Positions 30,224-39,549 of a stretch of DNA of 64,000 nt are shown piece after piece. The stretch covers positions 1 to 64,000 of IMG/VR virus record IMGVR_UViG_3300035152_000033. One strand, given 5' to 3'. This DNA comes from a virus. Taxonomy: Duplodnaviria; Caudoviricetes. The translations under genes and the position numbers were made by a program. Position 1 is the first letter of the stretch; every line of letters starts with the position of its first letter. The notes beneath the pieces are model-generated. The model was not told where the DNA came from and made no database searches. It saw nothing but the letters and a program-made list of their open reading frames with translations.

Positions 30224-31207
30224 CTAAAATAAAGCATAGGTATTCGCCAAATCAATGATCACACTATTATTATCCCTTACAATAGCAGACTCATTTAATA
30301 AAAATAATTTCTTTATCCATTCAATAGACTGCTCAAAGTATTTAATATCTTTCTCTATACCTATAAAAAATCTCTTAGTATTTGCACAAGCTATTCCAGT
30401 ACCACCAGACCCAAAACAAAAATCTAAAACAGTATCACCCTCATTACTAAAAGTAGTGATTATATCTTCCAATAATCTTATAGGCTTTTGCGTAGGATGT
30501 ACTTTAGCATAATCCTTTTTATAATAAAACACACTACCCTTAAAATTACCCTTGATATTAAAAGTTTTATTATGTCTGGCAAATCTATCACATACTTTAG
30601 AATAAGGCCAAAAGTTAGGAGCTTTATCAATATGGAATACATTAATAAGCTCCTGATATATATCCTCAGAACATAATTCAAATTGTAAAGTATCCCACCT
30701 TAAAAAATGTTCTGCCTTTCTATGTCCTAAGATATGATTTATTTTAGTCCTATTAACATTTATATAGGACATTAAATATTTTACATACAATCTAACAGGG
30801 TTATTATGGTTGCTATCATATTTCTTACAAAAAATACTTATATCCTCATGATATTTCACCAAAGCTTTTTTAGCTATTAAATTATTTGCAAAGTGATCCT
30901 TAACCCATACAGCATCATATAAAAAGAATAAATTTTCATGTTTATAACTTCTTAATTGTGAAGTATAAGGCTCCTGGGAAAACACTATTAAATAGCCCTT
31001 AACTCTCAGCAGCTTATTACAATGATTAAAAAATTTGTCCATATCTAACCTATCATCCCAGGACGTATCCTGATTAGAATAGCCTTTTAATTCAATATCT
31101 TTAATCGTTCCATAAGGAGGGTCCACCAAAATTAAATCTAGCTCCTTATGGATTTTAGTCATCTCTTCAAAACAATCACCATTATATAAAAGCATAATTC
31201 CTCCCAT
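30224..31207 (-). CDS. DNA N6-adenine/N4-cytosine methyltransferase (beta class) with internal insertion
   Basis: DLILVDPPYG, HPTQKP, VLDFCFGSGGTG, FIGIEKD. Confidence 0.9.
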   Translation of the reverse strand: MGGIMLLYNGDCFEEMTKIHKELDLILVDPPYGTIKDIELKGYSNQDTSWDDRLDMDKFFNHCNKLLRVKGYLIVFSQEPYTSQLRSYKHENLFFLYDAVWVKDHFANNLIAKKALVKYHEDISIFCKKYDSNHNNPVRLYVKYLMSYINVNRTKINHILGHRKAEHFLRWDTLQFELCSEDIYQELINVFHIDKAPNFWPYSKVCDRFARHNKTFNIKGNFKGSVFYYKKDYAKVHPTQKPIRLLEDIITTFSNEGDTVLDFCFGSGGTGIACANTKRFFIGIEKDIKYFEQSIEWIKKLFLLNESAIVRDNNSVIIDLANTYALF

Positions 31208-31293
31208 AAATTAAAGCCCTTTAAAAAATAAAGAGCTTTAAACAAATATATTAAACTACACAGCAACAATAATAATAAATAACTTCTATATTG

Positions 31294-31322
31294 AGTATAG
31301 CATAAGGCTATACAGATGTAAA
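31294..31322 (-). promoter_or_regulatory. Sigma-A promoter TTTACA-17-TATACT upstream of the MTase leader
   Basis: Exact spacing; hairpin 31211-31242 precedes the RBS. Confidence 0.6.
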
Positions 31323-31419
31323 CATTAAAATAAGCCCCATACAGAGCTTATTTTAAAGTCAATAACAGTTCCATTATGAAAAAACTATACAACTATTATA
31401 AAATACCATTTTACTTTAG

Positions 31420-31626
31420 TCAATCTTTAATATCCCCATGTTCTAAACTCTTAACCATATCCTCATGATCTTCTATAGTTTTTATACCTTTAAGTATACT
31501 TATTATTATTTTGGCTATAAACTTCACTAACCAAATACCAGCCACTACATCCAAAAATATAAGAGAATAAAACACAAACATCAAATAATTATTAACCAAC
31601 TCATAAATTTCATTTAACCTGCTCAT
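31420..31626 (-). CDS. Small membrane protein
   Basis: Single TM segment. Confidence 0.55.
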   Translation of the reverse strand: MSRLNEIYELVNNYLMFVFYSLIFLDVVAGIWLVKFIAKIIISILKGIKTIEDHEDMVKSLEHGDIKD

Positions 31627-31636
31627 ACTTTCACCT

Positions 31637-31858
31637 CTATCCTGTAATTTCAGGAGTTTTAATCGTAGGTAAAGTGATTTCAGGAGTTGGAGTCACAGTT
31701 GGCGTAGGTGTATGAGAAATAGGAGTATAAGATTTAAAAGTCCTCCTAATACTTGCCTTTTCAAGCTCCTTTCTGTCACCCTTTTCATTATTGGCAGCCA
31801 ACAACAAACCAACTATACAAAAACCTAAAACAATCAAAACTAAAACTACTTTTTTCAA
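31637..31858 (-). CDS. Small secreted/membrane protein with PT repeats
   Basis: Signal-like N-terminus; TPTPTVTPTP. Confidence 0.55.
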   Translation of the reverse strand: MKKVVLVLIVLGFCIVGLLLAANNEKGDRKELEKASIRRTFKSYTPISHTPTPTVTPTPEITLPTIKTPEITG

Positions 31859-31874
31859 AAGAATCCCTCCTTTC

Positions 31875-32003
31875 TTACTTTTTCACAATTAATTTTTCCC
31901 AATTACGACACTTACTATTTTTTGGACTGGCACAAACCCATTTAGTCCATTTATCCGTATTTTCTATACAAGTGGCCTTACCGCCACACTCTGCACAATA
32001 CAT
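31875..32003 (-). CDS. Cys-rich microprotein (42 aa)
   Basis: MYCAECGG...WVC...KC; GGAGG RBS; read manually. Confidence 0.55.
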   Translation of the reverse strand: MYCAECGGKATCIENTDKWTKWVCASPKNSKCRNWEKLIVKK

Positions 32004-32167
32004 AAGCTTAATCCTCCCTTTTTATATTTGATCTCATCTTCTTAGCTTCCTTTTATACAATCTCTAACAACTTTACTAAGCATAGGCAACCATACTACAC
32101 TAGTACTGCCTAATAATAAACATACACTAATTATAACAGTTTTCAATAAAATTCCTCCTCACCTAAG

Positions 32168-32806
32168 TTAATCGAAAAAATCACTAGTCTTATCAAAAAG
32201 GTCATAAGCATTATACTTATCTCTAAGAGCATTGAATTTTTCCTCTCTGTCTTTTAATCTATTAAACAAATCTTTAACTTTAAACCCGCAATCTCTTAAT
32301 CGTGTTATACTAAAATCCTCATCCAAAAGAGAAATAAGAGACTCTTTTGATGTTTTTAACAAATCCCTATAAATTTCTATTTCAGCTTCTAAGCAAGATT
32401 CTAAATAATCATACACAATCTTACACAAATCTGACAGACTGAGCTGAAATACAAGCACTTCGGCCCCACTATCAAAAGCCTCAAAAACAAAATCCTCCTC
32501 TTGTATAAAACACTCTATAGGGAATCTGATTTTATAATTATCAGACTTAAAATAATCCTTATAGAAATGTTTTAATTTTCTTAAATAATCCAATGAGTTA
32601 TTTTCTAATAAAGAATAATCTATCTCTATCTTTTTTATTTTACCATCCTCATCATACACATTATCTATTTCAACATGCTCCGCATCACAAAGCCATGTTA
32701 TTTTTGGAGTCTCTTGTAACTGTCCAAACTCCGTTATTCCTAAACGTTCCAAATCCTCTATTTTTAAATTTTCTACTACAAACTCAAAACTTAATGTTAC
32801 TATCAT
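32168..32806 (-). CDS. Hypothetical acidic protein
   Basis: Start moved to MIVTL after AGGAGG. Confidence 0.6.
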   Translation of the reverse strand: MIVTLSFEFVVENLKIEDLERLGITEFGQLQETPKITWLCDAEHVEIDNVYDEDGKIKKIEIDYSLLENNSLDYLRKLKHFYKDYFKSDNYKIRFPIECFIQEEDFVFEAFDSGAEVLVFQLSLSDLCKIVYDYLESCLEAEIEIYRDLLKTSKESLISLLDEDFSITRLRDCGFKVKDLFNRLKDREEKFNALRDKYNAYDLFDKTSDFFD

Positions 32807-32831
32807 AATCACGCCTCCTAATAAAATAGAT

Positions 32832-33323
32832 TCATCCAAATACAACCTCTTCATAATCTTTTAAAGCTTTTCTATACACCTCTTCCATATAGGTGTATTC
32901 AATTTTGTTATCATACACATTAGCTTTAAAATACCCGACAAAATTATCGTTTAGCTCTGGCTTGACATATTTCTCAAAAGCTTTATTGGCTACTTTAAGA
33001 TATGCCCCATAGCTATTAAAATTTTTAAACATCATATTTCTATACTTATCATAAAACTCTCTTTTAAATACAATAGAAGAATAGTCCAGAAAAACCTCCT
33101 CAATATAAATAGGACTATTAAAATCTTTAGCTAACTCAAATAATCTAGTTTTACTTAAATCCTCACAATTTGCTGCGATATCAATCTCAGAATTAAGACA
33201 AACATCAAGCACAGGATATTTAGCAACAAACTCTTTTCTTAACTCAGACACATTTACTACCTGTATTTTATAATTCTCAGCTTCCTTAATAAAATCTTTT
33301 ATTTCCTTTATTTCACTCACCAT
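32832..33323 (-). CDS. Hypothetical protein
   Basis: ORF with RBS. Confidence 0.6.
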   Translation of the reverse strand: MVSEIKEIKDFIKEAENYKIQVVNVSELRKEFVAKYPVLDVCLNSEIDIAANCEDLSKTRLFELAKDFNSPIYIEEVFLDYSSIVFKREFYDKYRNMMFKNFNSYGAYLKVANKAFEKYVKPELNDNFVGYFKANVYDNKIEYTYMEEVYRKALKDYEEVVFG

Positions 33324-33341
33324 AAATACCTCCTAATAAAC

Positions 33342-33485
33342 TTAATAAACTATACTCTCATACCACATTACTTTGCCACATCTAGTGCATTTATGTTCGT
33401 ATAATAAAATACCTGAGAAGTCCTCAGTTTTTCCAGTATACTCAAAATACCCTATGCAATGAAACCTATCACATTTTACTGCCAT
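33342..33485 (-). CDS. Zinc-ribbon microprotein (47 aa)
   Basis: CDRFHC...HKCTRCG; read manually. Confidence 0.55.
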   Translation of the reverse strand: MAVKCDRFHCIGYFEYTGKTEDFSGILLYEHKCTRCGKVMWYESIVY

Positions 33486-33514
33486 ACTAAAATCCTTAAA
33501 TCCTTTCTTATAAT

Positions 33515-33546
33515 ATTATACAGCCTCATATTTAAAAAAGACTGTA
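33515..33546 (-). promoter_or_regulatory. Class II promoter
   Basis: GTACA-N22-TATAAT. Confidence 0.5.
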
Positions 33547-33583
33547 CTTAAATTTATTTTAAAACAAAGCGGGGAAATATTCC

Positions 33584-33754
33584 CTACTCTATTATAAATT
33601 TTCCCCAATTCTTTACTACAAAGTCGTATAACTCGTTAAAGTTTTCAAACTTGCTATTATCTATCATATAGTTATCAAGTTCCCATTGAGAGAACTCAAT
33701 TCCTCTATCCATTAATCTACTTGCAATTATTTTTTTAGCTATAACACTTAACAT
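33584..33754 (-). CDS. Hypothetical microprotein (56 aa)
   Basis: GAGGAGG RBS behind class I promoter; read manually. Confidence 0.6.
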   Translation of the reverse strand: MLSVIAKKIIASRLMDRGIEFSQWELDNYMIDNSKFENFNELYDFVVKNWGKFIIE

Positions 33755-33780
33755 CTTAACGTCCTCCTCAAAATTTATTA

Positions 33781-33826
33781 TTTATCTTATGTTCTTATTA
33801 TATAATAAGACTTGACATATGTCAAG
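33781..33826 (-). repeat. 46-bp class I promoter repeat (perfect 16-bp palindrome)
   Basis: CTTGACATATGTCAAG-N8-TATAAT-N5-CATAAGATAAA. Confidence 0.9.
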
Positions 33827-33843
33827 CATTAAGCTAAAAATTT

Positions 33844-34086
33844 TTAACTCAAATTTCTAATAAAATGCAGTATACCCAAGGACTCCAAATCATTTAAAAA
33901 TCCCTCTGCATTCACTCTTATTTTTACACCTTTTAAAATCTCCACTCGATCACGTACCTGACACATATATATCAGGTCCGACTTATCATCACAATAAGCT
34001 GCCTTTTTCATTTCCTGGACCACTTCAAGACAAGTATCCCCAGAAAATATATGTCTATCATCACTATATTTTAACATTCTATTCAC
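33844..34086 (-). CDS. Hypothetical protein adjacent to amidoligase
   Basis: GGAGGTG RBS; FLNDLESLG C-terminus. Confidence 0.6.
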   Translation of the reverse strand: MNRMLKYSDDRHIFSGDTCLEVVQEMKKAAYCDDKSDLIYMCQVRDRVEILKGVKIRVNAEGFLNDLESLGILHFIRNLS

Positions 34087-34103
34087 CTCCTACATTATTA
34101 GCC

Positions 34104-34946
34104 CTAAGAGGCTAATAATGCTTTTCTTCCAGTATAGAATTTTACTACACTAGCTTCTACCTCAGCGGTATACATCAAGGATTCAAACCATTTATCTTGG
34201 TTTGGTCTTTTAGCTACAACTTTTTTAGCCCTAGCCCCTCTTTCCACTAAACCCTGAGTTAGTAGCAACCAGTTCACTATTTTTTCAAACTCTACAGTAC
34301 CACTATGATGACGAAACTCAATAGTACCGTAAACAGCATAACTGGTTACATTTAATTTTCTATATCTAGCTCTATAAGTGTCAGTAAATACCTCAAGTAA
34401 GGCACTAACTGTACTTTTAGAATCGATTAAATCAAATTTTGATTTTAAATTCATGCCTGATAAAGAATAAACATCTGAGAAGTTTAAGCAATATAGATTA
34501 GCATTGCCTTTTCTTGAGCGAGGCATAAAATTATCAATTTCATCCTCAAACTTTAAGTATGCTTTAGTTAGTGTTTTCCAACTATCTAAAGTATAGTCTA
34601 CAATCTCATGATGTATATGTAAACCACAAGACTTATTAACAGTGGCTCCTATGGTATCTAATACAGCACATACAGCCTTTAGCTGATTAACGCCATCTTT
34701 ACCAGATAACGGTGGCGACACTAATTCGTAGCCTTTAAAATTAACTGTTTTAATTGATTCCTCAGGCTTTATAGAACAGTCAGTTACAACTTTCCAACAG
34801 TTGTTTAATACTTCATGTGTATACCCAGCATATATACAAGGAATACCCTCAGCCATTAAAATATCGGCCACATTTCTGCCTGTATATTGCTGAGGCACTA
34901 ACATCTCTATCTCAATACCAAACTTTCTATCAGTTAATTTTTTCAT
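34104..34946 (-). CDS. Putative amidoligase (Amidoligase_2 / COOH-NH2 ligase)
   Basis: FGIEIE...WKVVTDCSI...ELVSPPL...VNKSCGLHIH...RYRKLN...TIEFRHHSGT. Confidence 0.9.
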   Translation of the reverse strand: MKKLTDRKFGIEIEMLVPQQYTGRNVADILMAEGIPCIYAGYTHEVLNNCWKVVTDCSIKPEESIKTVNFKGYELVSPPLSGKDGVNQLKAVCAVLDTIGATVNKSCGLHIHHEIVDYTLDSWKTLTKAYLKFEDEIDNFMPRSRKGNANLYCLNFSDVYSLSGMNLKSKFDLIDSKSTVSALLEVFTDTYRARYRKLNVTSYAVYGTIEFRHHSGTVEFEKIVNWLLLTQGLVERGARAKKVVAKRPNQDKWFESLMYTAEVEASVVKFYTGRKALLAS

Positions 34947-34973
34947 TTTTAAATCCCCCTTAAATTTTTATGA

Positions 34974-35019
34974 TTTATCTTATGTTTACATTATATAATA
35001 AACCTTTACATATGTCAAG
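34974..35019 (-). repeat. 46-bp class I promoter repeat
   Basis: CTTGACATATGTAAAG...TATAAT...CATAAGATAAA. Confidence 0.9.
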
Positions 35020-35062
35020 GAGGATTTTAAAAATTTTATGTTAGTATTTAATTTTTTATTTT

Positions 35063-35698
35063 CTAGAGAGAATCAATATACCTTCTTTCCCTATTAAAGA
35101 TAGGCCATAAATCTTTTTCGGCCTCCTCTATAGTATTACCAAAAGAATAATAATGACAGTCAGCTAAATAATCCCATACAGACATTTTCTGAGTTCTTTC
35201 CACATCAGCTACCTTTTCAGTAGCTATAAATTCAAAGTTCGGGCTTATAAAGCTTACATATGGTATATGAGACCCTATTTCCTCCAAATCATTACTAAAG
35301 CTATTAAATTCATTAATAAAACCATTGGACATATAGCTGCATACCTCTCCTAAGGTTAAAGGTAATGCCTTATAATTCTTATCATAAATGACACTTAAAC
35401 CATCTATAAAATAACCATTATAAAAAGTTTTTTTAAGTTTGTAAATTTCATTATTTATCTTTTTTCTACTTGGCATGACATCCAATAAATCCTGATCCTG
35501 CAAACCCAAATAATAATTTTCCACCGAATATTTAAATGTATATTTATTTATAATTAATTCTCTTCCCATAGTCTCCTCCTTAGTATTATCTACACACTCC
35601 ATTTCTTGCTCAGAGTCCACTCCATCATCATACTCACAATAACCATTTACATTAAACAAACACGCACCATAAGCGTCACAAGGTACATAATCACACAT
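35063..35698 (-). CDS. Hypothetical protein with Cys-rich N-terminus
   Basis: CDAYGACLFNVNGYC. Confidence 0.6.
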   Translation of the reverse strand: MCDYVPCDAYGACLFNVNGYCEYDDGVDSEQEMECVDNTKEETMGRELIINKYTFKYSVENYYLGLQDQDLLDVMPSRKKINNEIYKLKKTFYNGYFIDGLSVIYDKNYKALPLTLGEVCSYMSNGFINEFNSFSNDLEEIGSHIPYVSFISPNFEFIATEKVADVERTQKMSVWDYLADCHYYSFGNTIEEAEKDLWPIFNRERRYIDSL

Positions 35699-35722
35699 AA
35701 TTGACTCCTCCTAAAAATATAA

Positions 35723-35768
35723 TTTATCTTATGATTTAATTATATACCCATGCTTTACATATGTCAAG
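35723..35768 (-). repeat. 46-bp class I promoter repeat
   Basis: Same layout and spacing. Confidence 0.9.
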
Positions 35769-35774
35769 GATTAT

Positions 35775-36131
35775 TTAAATATATTCTTTAAAACTACAGT
35801 TCTGACATACACCCTCATAATGCTTTATAACTCCACACTTAGGACACTTTAAAAGAGCCTCAGCAGAATCATCTTTTTTAAACTTCTCTATAAATCTTTT
35901 ATATCTGGCTTCTAATATAGAGGTCTTATCTTTTCTATTAAAATAAGCCTCCAACACTATATAAAGATCAGCCATCTCAGCTTCCCATTTATCGCTAACT
36001 TTTAAATACTTATATTCATGATCGTATAAAAAAGAAACTTCTCGAACATGATCCATAATACCCAGCTTATTAAAATACTCCTTAGCATATATTTTAGCTA
36101 TCTCAGTAACATATTGAAACTTTTCAAACAT
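35775..36131 (-). CDS. Hypothetical protein with C-terminal zinc ribbon
   Basis: EAEMADL motif; CPKC...CQNC. Confidence 0.6.
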   Translation of the reverse strand: MFEKFQYVTEIAKIYAKEYFNKLGIMDHVREVSFLYDHEYKYLKVSDKWEAEMADLYIVLEAYFNRKDKTSILEARYKRFIEKFKKDDSAEALLKCPKCGVIKHYEGVCQNCSFKEYI

Positions 36132-36151
36132 AAATATTCCTCCAAACGAAA

Positions 36152-36180
36152 TAAAGGCAACCTATCAAAAGGCTGCCCCA
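36152..36180 (-). terminator. Intrinsic terminator after protease
   Basis: GGGGCAGCCT/AGGTTGCCTT stem followed by TATTT. Confidence 0.6.
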
Positions 36181-36187
36181 TTCAAAT

Positions 36188-37411
36188 TTAATTAGGTGTT
36201 CTATTAATTATAAACTTCCACTTGCTCCAATAGTTATTATATTGATAATCTCGACATGTTAAGTAAATAACATTATCTCCATTATGCAAATTACTTATAA
36301 TCACACTAGCCCTATCATCATTAGCAGGGTTTTCCTCATACTCATGCAAACCTAGATAACAACCTGAATAATTAGTCTGAATAGATTTATCTGCAGTAAT
36401 AGGATTGCTATTATTTTGTCTCTTATACATAACAGTGGTTGATTTACTTTGATTCTTCACAGCCACGCCCCACTGATTACCAGCAGAATGCGAACCTACT
36501 TCTACCACACGAGCATCCTTAAAAGTTAAGGTATACTTATATTTTGGTGTAGGTAAAGGCTCAGAATCAGCATCAACCATTCCATAGGACCTAACTAAGT
36601 TATTATCAACAAAACTATCCCACAAATCATAAGTTATATATCCATAACCTGCATAACCATAAGCAGAACCCCAACTATTAATAAATTTAAAAGCAGCTTT
36701 ACTATTATCATAACCAACAACACAAAGAGCATGGCCTCCACCACCTCCATTATATACATCATAGAAACCAGTATAAAAGTCATCAGTAACAGGAATTGTA
36801 ATAGTACAACAATCAGTCTGCAAATAAGTTTTTAAATTATCTGTTTTAGTGGCATTAAACCCAGTATCATAAAGAAAACCCCAAGACTCTGCTTTAAAAT
36901 TCTTAGCTTCGTTTAATTGAGTGCTATTAGGTTGATTTGTATAATTACTAGCGGTATAAGGCATAGTTGATAATCTACAATCACCTAAATTCATCATTAA
37001 CTCATATGCATCACTAGAATAAGCCCCATCATCAGCCCCTATAACTATTTGATTATAAATAAATGAAGGACTAAACATTATATTTCCCCAGAACATATCT
37101 TTCTTTTCCTGATATCCTTTATAGTAACTTGTTGCCCAACCAACACAACTCCCTTGCTGCCCTTGATCGCCTACAGGCGGCATATCAGAACTATGATCTA
37201 CTACAGAAGGCAAAGAAACTTTACCTTTATTAGACAAATTAACTTTAGGCTCTCCTTGAATATCCTTTTCTAATTTAGCTCCTAGCTTATACTTACTAAA
37301 TTCACCTTTAATATCCTCTTTAGCAAACACATTACCCATACTAACAACTAATGTCATGGCTATAACTAAAGCCATTAACACATAAGACAACTTTTTAAAA
37401 TTAATCCTCAT
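36188..37411 (-). CDS. Secreted papain-family (C1A) cysteine protease
   Basis: Signal peptide; DQGQQGSCVGWA (Cys), GGHALCVVGY (His), INSWG (Asn); extra C-terminal beta domain. Confidence 0.9.
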   Translation of the reverse strand: MRINFKKLSYVLMALVIAMTLVVSMGNVFAKEDIKGEFSKYKLGAKLEKDIQGEPKVNLSNKGKVSLPSVVDHSSDMPPVGDQGQQGSCVGWATSYYKGYQEKKDMFWGNIMFSPSFIYNQIVIGADDGAYSSDAYELMMNLGDCRLSTMPYTASNYTNQPNSTQLNEAKNFKAESWGFLYDTGFNATKTDNLKTYLQTDCCTITIPVTDDFYTGFYDVYNGGGGGHALCVVGYDNSKAAFKFINSWGSAYGYAGYGYITYDLWDSFVDNNLVRSYGMVDADSEPLPTPKYKYTLTFKDARVVEVGSHSAGNQWGVAVKNQSKSTTVMYKRQNNSNPITADKSIQTNYSGCYLGLHEYEENPANDDRASVIISNLHNGDNVIYLTCRDYQYNNYWSKWKFIINRTPN

Positions 37412-37429
37412 AATTTCTCTCCTCTTTAA

Positions 37430-37591
37430 TTATTTTCTACAATCCCTACATGTTTTGGTTTTCTCATCCCAGCATTTAGGACAAACCAATTTATCACAAG
37501 TAGGGCAATACACCATATCTTTTTTTGTATACATATTAACACATAAATCACAGTTACACATGTAACTATAACGAGTACCTGGCTCCTCCAT
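37430..37591 (-). CDS. Four-CxxC microprotein (53 aa)
   Basis: CDLC..CPTC..CPKCWD..CRDC; read manually. Confidence 0.6.
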   Translation of the reverse strand: MEEPGTRYSYMCNCDLCVNMYTKKDMVYCPTCDKLVCPKCWDEKTKTCRDCRK

Positions 37592-37638
37592 TATAAAAAC
37601 CTCCTCATAGATAAAAGGGAGATTATATCTCCCTCATT

Positions 37639-37824
37639 TTACTTACTTTTTTTATATTTATCTCTTCTTTTATTATGATAATCTTTCACTTTTTGATTAC
37701 CAGGCTTTGTCACATCACAAGGACAATCTTTTCCAGGAGGTAACCCACAAACAGGGCCACCTTTTAAAGTCTCTTGATACCAATCACAGCCTATCTGAGT
37801 ACACCTTTTCGATATCTCAGTCAT
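37639..37824 (-). CDS. Cys-rich small protein
   Basis: ORF with GAGGT RBS. Confidence 0.55.
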   Translation of the reverse strand: MTEISKRCTQIGCDWYQETLKGGPVCGLPPGKDCPCDVTKPGNQKVKDYHNKRRDKYKKSK

Positions 37825-37837
37825 AAAAAACCTCCTC

Positions 37838-38053
37838 TTAAAAAGCGTTTAAATGAGCTTCAAAAGCTGTCTTAGCTTCCTCCGCAGTACCTCTAAAAAT
37901 AAAACAGTGATTCATTCTATTTGAAGTTACATAAGCGAAATCATCTTTTTTCTTTAGGGCTTCTACAAAACTAACACATAAAGATTTCTTTACTCTTACA
38001 GTAGTATGCCCAGTAACATCATCATAGCTAAAACTAACTTTATTCTTCCACAT
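37838..38053 (-). CDS. Hypothetical protein
   Basis: First gene behind class I promoter. Confidence 0.6.
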   Translation of the reverse strand: MWKNKVSFSYDDVTGHTTVRVKKSLCVSFVEALKKKDDFAYVTSNRMNHCFIFRGTAEEAKTAFEAHLNAF

Positions 38054-38074
38054 ATAAACGCCTCCAAAATTTAA

Positions 38075-38120
38075 TTTATCTTACATTCTTATTCTATAAT
38101 ATTCCTTGACATATGTCAAG
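38075..38120 (-). repeat. 46-bp class I promoter repeat (perfect palindrome)
   Basis: CTTGACATATGTCAAG...TAGAAT...TGTAAGATAAA. Confidence 0.9.
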
Positions 38121-38127
38121 CTTTTAT

Positions 38128-38334
38128 TTAAAATAATTTATAGATATTAGACTGTTTATAAAAACATTCAAACTTAATATCATCTAAACTTATTCTAAAT
38201 TGCATTCCATTTTTACAGATAAGCATTTCATTAGAATCATTAAAAGTAACTGAGTAATAATTTCCTTCTTTATCAGTACCCCTATATAATCCATCATCCT
38301 CATAAGCTTTATTTATAGCCTGTACTAAATGCAT
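38128..38334 (-). CDS. Hypothetical protein
   Basis: ORF with RBS. Confidence 0.55.
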   Translation of the reverse strand: MHLVQAINKAYEDDGLYRGTDKEGNYYSVTFNDSNEMLICKNGMQFRISLDDIKFECFYKQSNIYKLF

Positions 38335-38338
38335 TTAA

Positions 38339-38542
38339 TCACTCCTTACAGCTCTTACATTTTTTAGTTCTGCTATCCCAACAGTCATCACAAACATTAT
38401 GCAAACAAGGGTAACAATAGTTACCCTTTTCATTTTCTTTCAATATGATAAGCTTTTTGCAACAACCACAATGCACCATAACTCCAGCACAATTATAACT
38501 GTTAACACTGAAAAAAGAAGGCTCTTTCTTTTTCCCAAACAT
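38339..38542 (-). CDS. Four-CxxC small protein
   Basis: CGCC..CYPC..CDDCWD..CKSC; paralog of 37430..37591. Confidence 0.6.
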   Translation of the reverse strand: MFGKKKEPSFFSVNSYNCAGVMVHCGCCKKLIILKENEKGNYCYPCLHNVCDDCWDSRTKKCKSCKE

Positions 38543-38562
38543 TTAAAACAACTCCTACCCTT

Positions 38563-38844
38563 TTATTTATTCACACTGTTAAAAGAAACATTGCAAATTT
38601 CATTTTCCCCAGGTGTGATAATAAACACTCCACCAGTTAAGCCATTATTTAGCCACTTAATACCATCACATATAGCAGCATGATTAACATCATTAAAAAC
38701 TACTTTATACTCATACAAATCTCCAAAACTCAAAAGATATACAGGCTTATCCCCATATAAATCTTTATCTACATCAACAGTACATAAAACATTTTTAGTT
38801 TCAAATATGCTGATATCATCCTCATATTTCACACAAACACGCAT
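38563..38844 (-). CDS. Hypothetical protein
   Basis: GGAGGCTGAGAATT-ATG start. Confidence 0.55.
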   Translation of the reverse strand: MRVCVKYEDDISIFETKNVLCTVDVDKDLYGDKPVYLLSFGDLYEYKVVFNDVNHAAICDGIKWLNNGLTGGVFIITPGENEICNVSFNSVNK

Positions 38845-38862
38845 AATTCTCAGCCTCCTTCC

Positions 38863-38988
38863 TCAGCTGCATTTATTACATAACCCATTAGAATAACAGT
38901 TCATACAAACCATATTTCCGCATTTAGTACAGGTATAAAGCCTAAATACATAGGCTCCACAACCAGCACAAACTAACACACCAGTCAT
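38863..38988 (-). CDS. Four-CxxC microprotein (41 aa)
   Basis: CAGC..CTKC..CMNC..CNKC; read manually. Confidence 0.6.
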   Translation of the reverse strand: MTGVLVCAGCGAYVFRLYTCTKCGNMVCMNCYSNGLCNKCS

Positions 38989-39007
38989 AACTTATCCCTC
39001 CTAAGAA

Positions 39008-39160
39008 CTATCTAATTTCTGTAGTCTCCCAAATAGCATTACACTTATTACATTGATTATGAATAACAACTTTCTTTTGTACCTTACCAGCTACAATAAT
39101 TCTTTCTGTAGATTTAATAGCTGATATTTTATGTCTGCTATCACAATTACACTCTTTCAT
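39008..39160 (-). CDS. Zinc-ribbon microprotein (50 aa)
   Basis: CNC...CNKCNAIW; read manually. Confidence 0.5.
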   Translation of the reverse strand: MKECNCDSRHKISAIKSTERIIVAGKVQKKVVIHNQCNKCNAIWETTEIR

Positions 39161-39306
39161 AAATAAACATATCCTCCCTTTACAAGTTTTATACTAAATT
39201 CATTATGACATTTATAACAGATGGAATCATAAAACACATCTCCACCTCTATAAACAGAAACAACAAATTGATTACTGTTACATTTAAGACACTTAGGCTC
39301 CTCCAT
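39157..39306 (-). CDS. Zinc-ribbon microprotein (49 aa)
   Basis: CLKC...CYKC; AGGAGG RBS; read manually. Confidence 0.55.
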   Translation of the reverse strand: MEEPKCLKCNSNQFVVSVYRGGDVFYDSICYKCHNEFSIKLVKGGYVYL

Positions 39307-39398
39307 AAGAACCTCCTATAAATTTTCTAAAAAAGCAGCTAACACCATTAGCCAGCCACTTACACGATTTATAATTTTCATTAAACAACCTCCATATA

Positions 39399-39530
39399 TT
39401 AACCTTTATTATAATCCCATTCATGACCGCATTTAGTACATTTCAAAGGAATAGAATCAACTGGTCCAACAGGAGCAGTGAAATAAACTTTTTCTCCACA
39501 CATAGGACAAAACGCAACTGAAATAGCCAT
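39399..39530 (-). CDS. Zinc-ribbon microprotein
   Basis: MAISVAFCPMCG...CTKCGHEW. Confidence 0.6.
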   Translation of the reverse strand: MAISVAFCPMCGEKVYFTAPVGPVDSIPLKCTKCGHEWDYNKG

Positions 39531-39549
39531 AAAACACACCACCTTTCCT

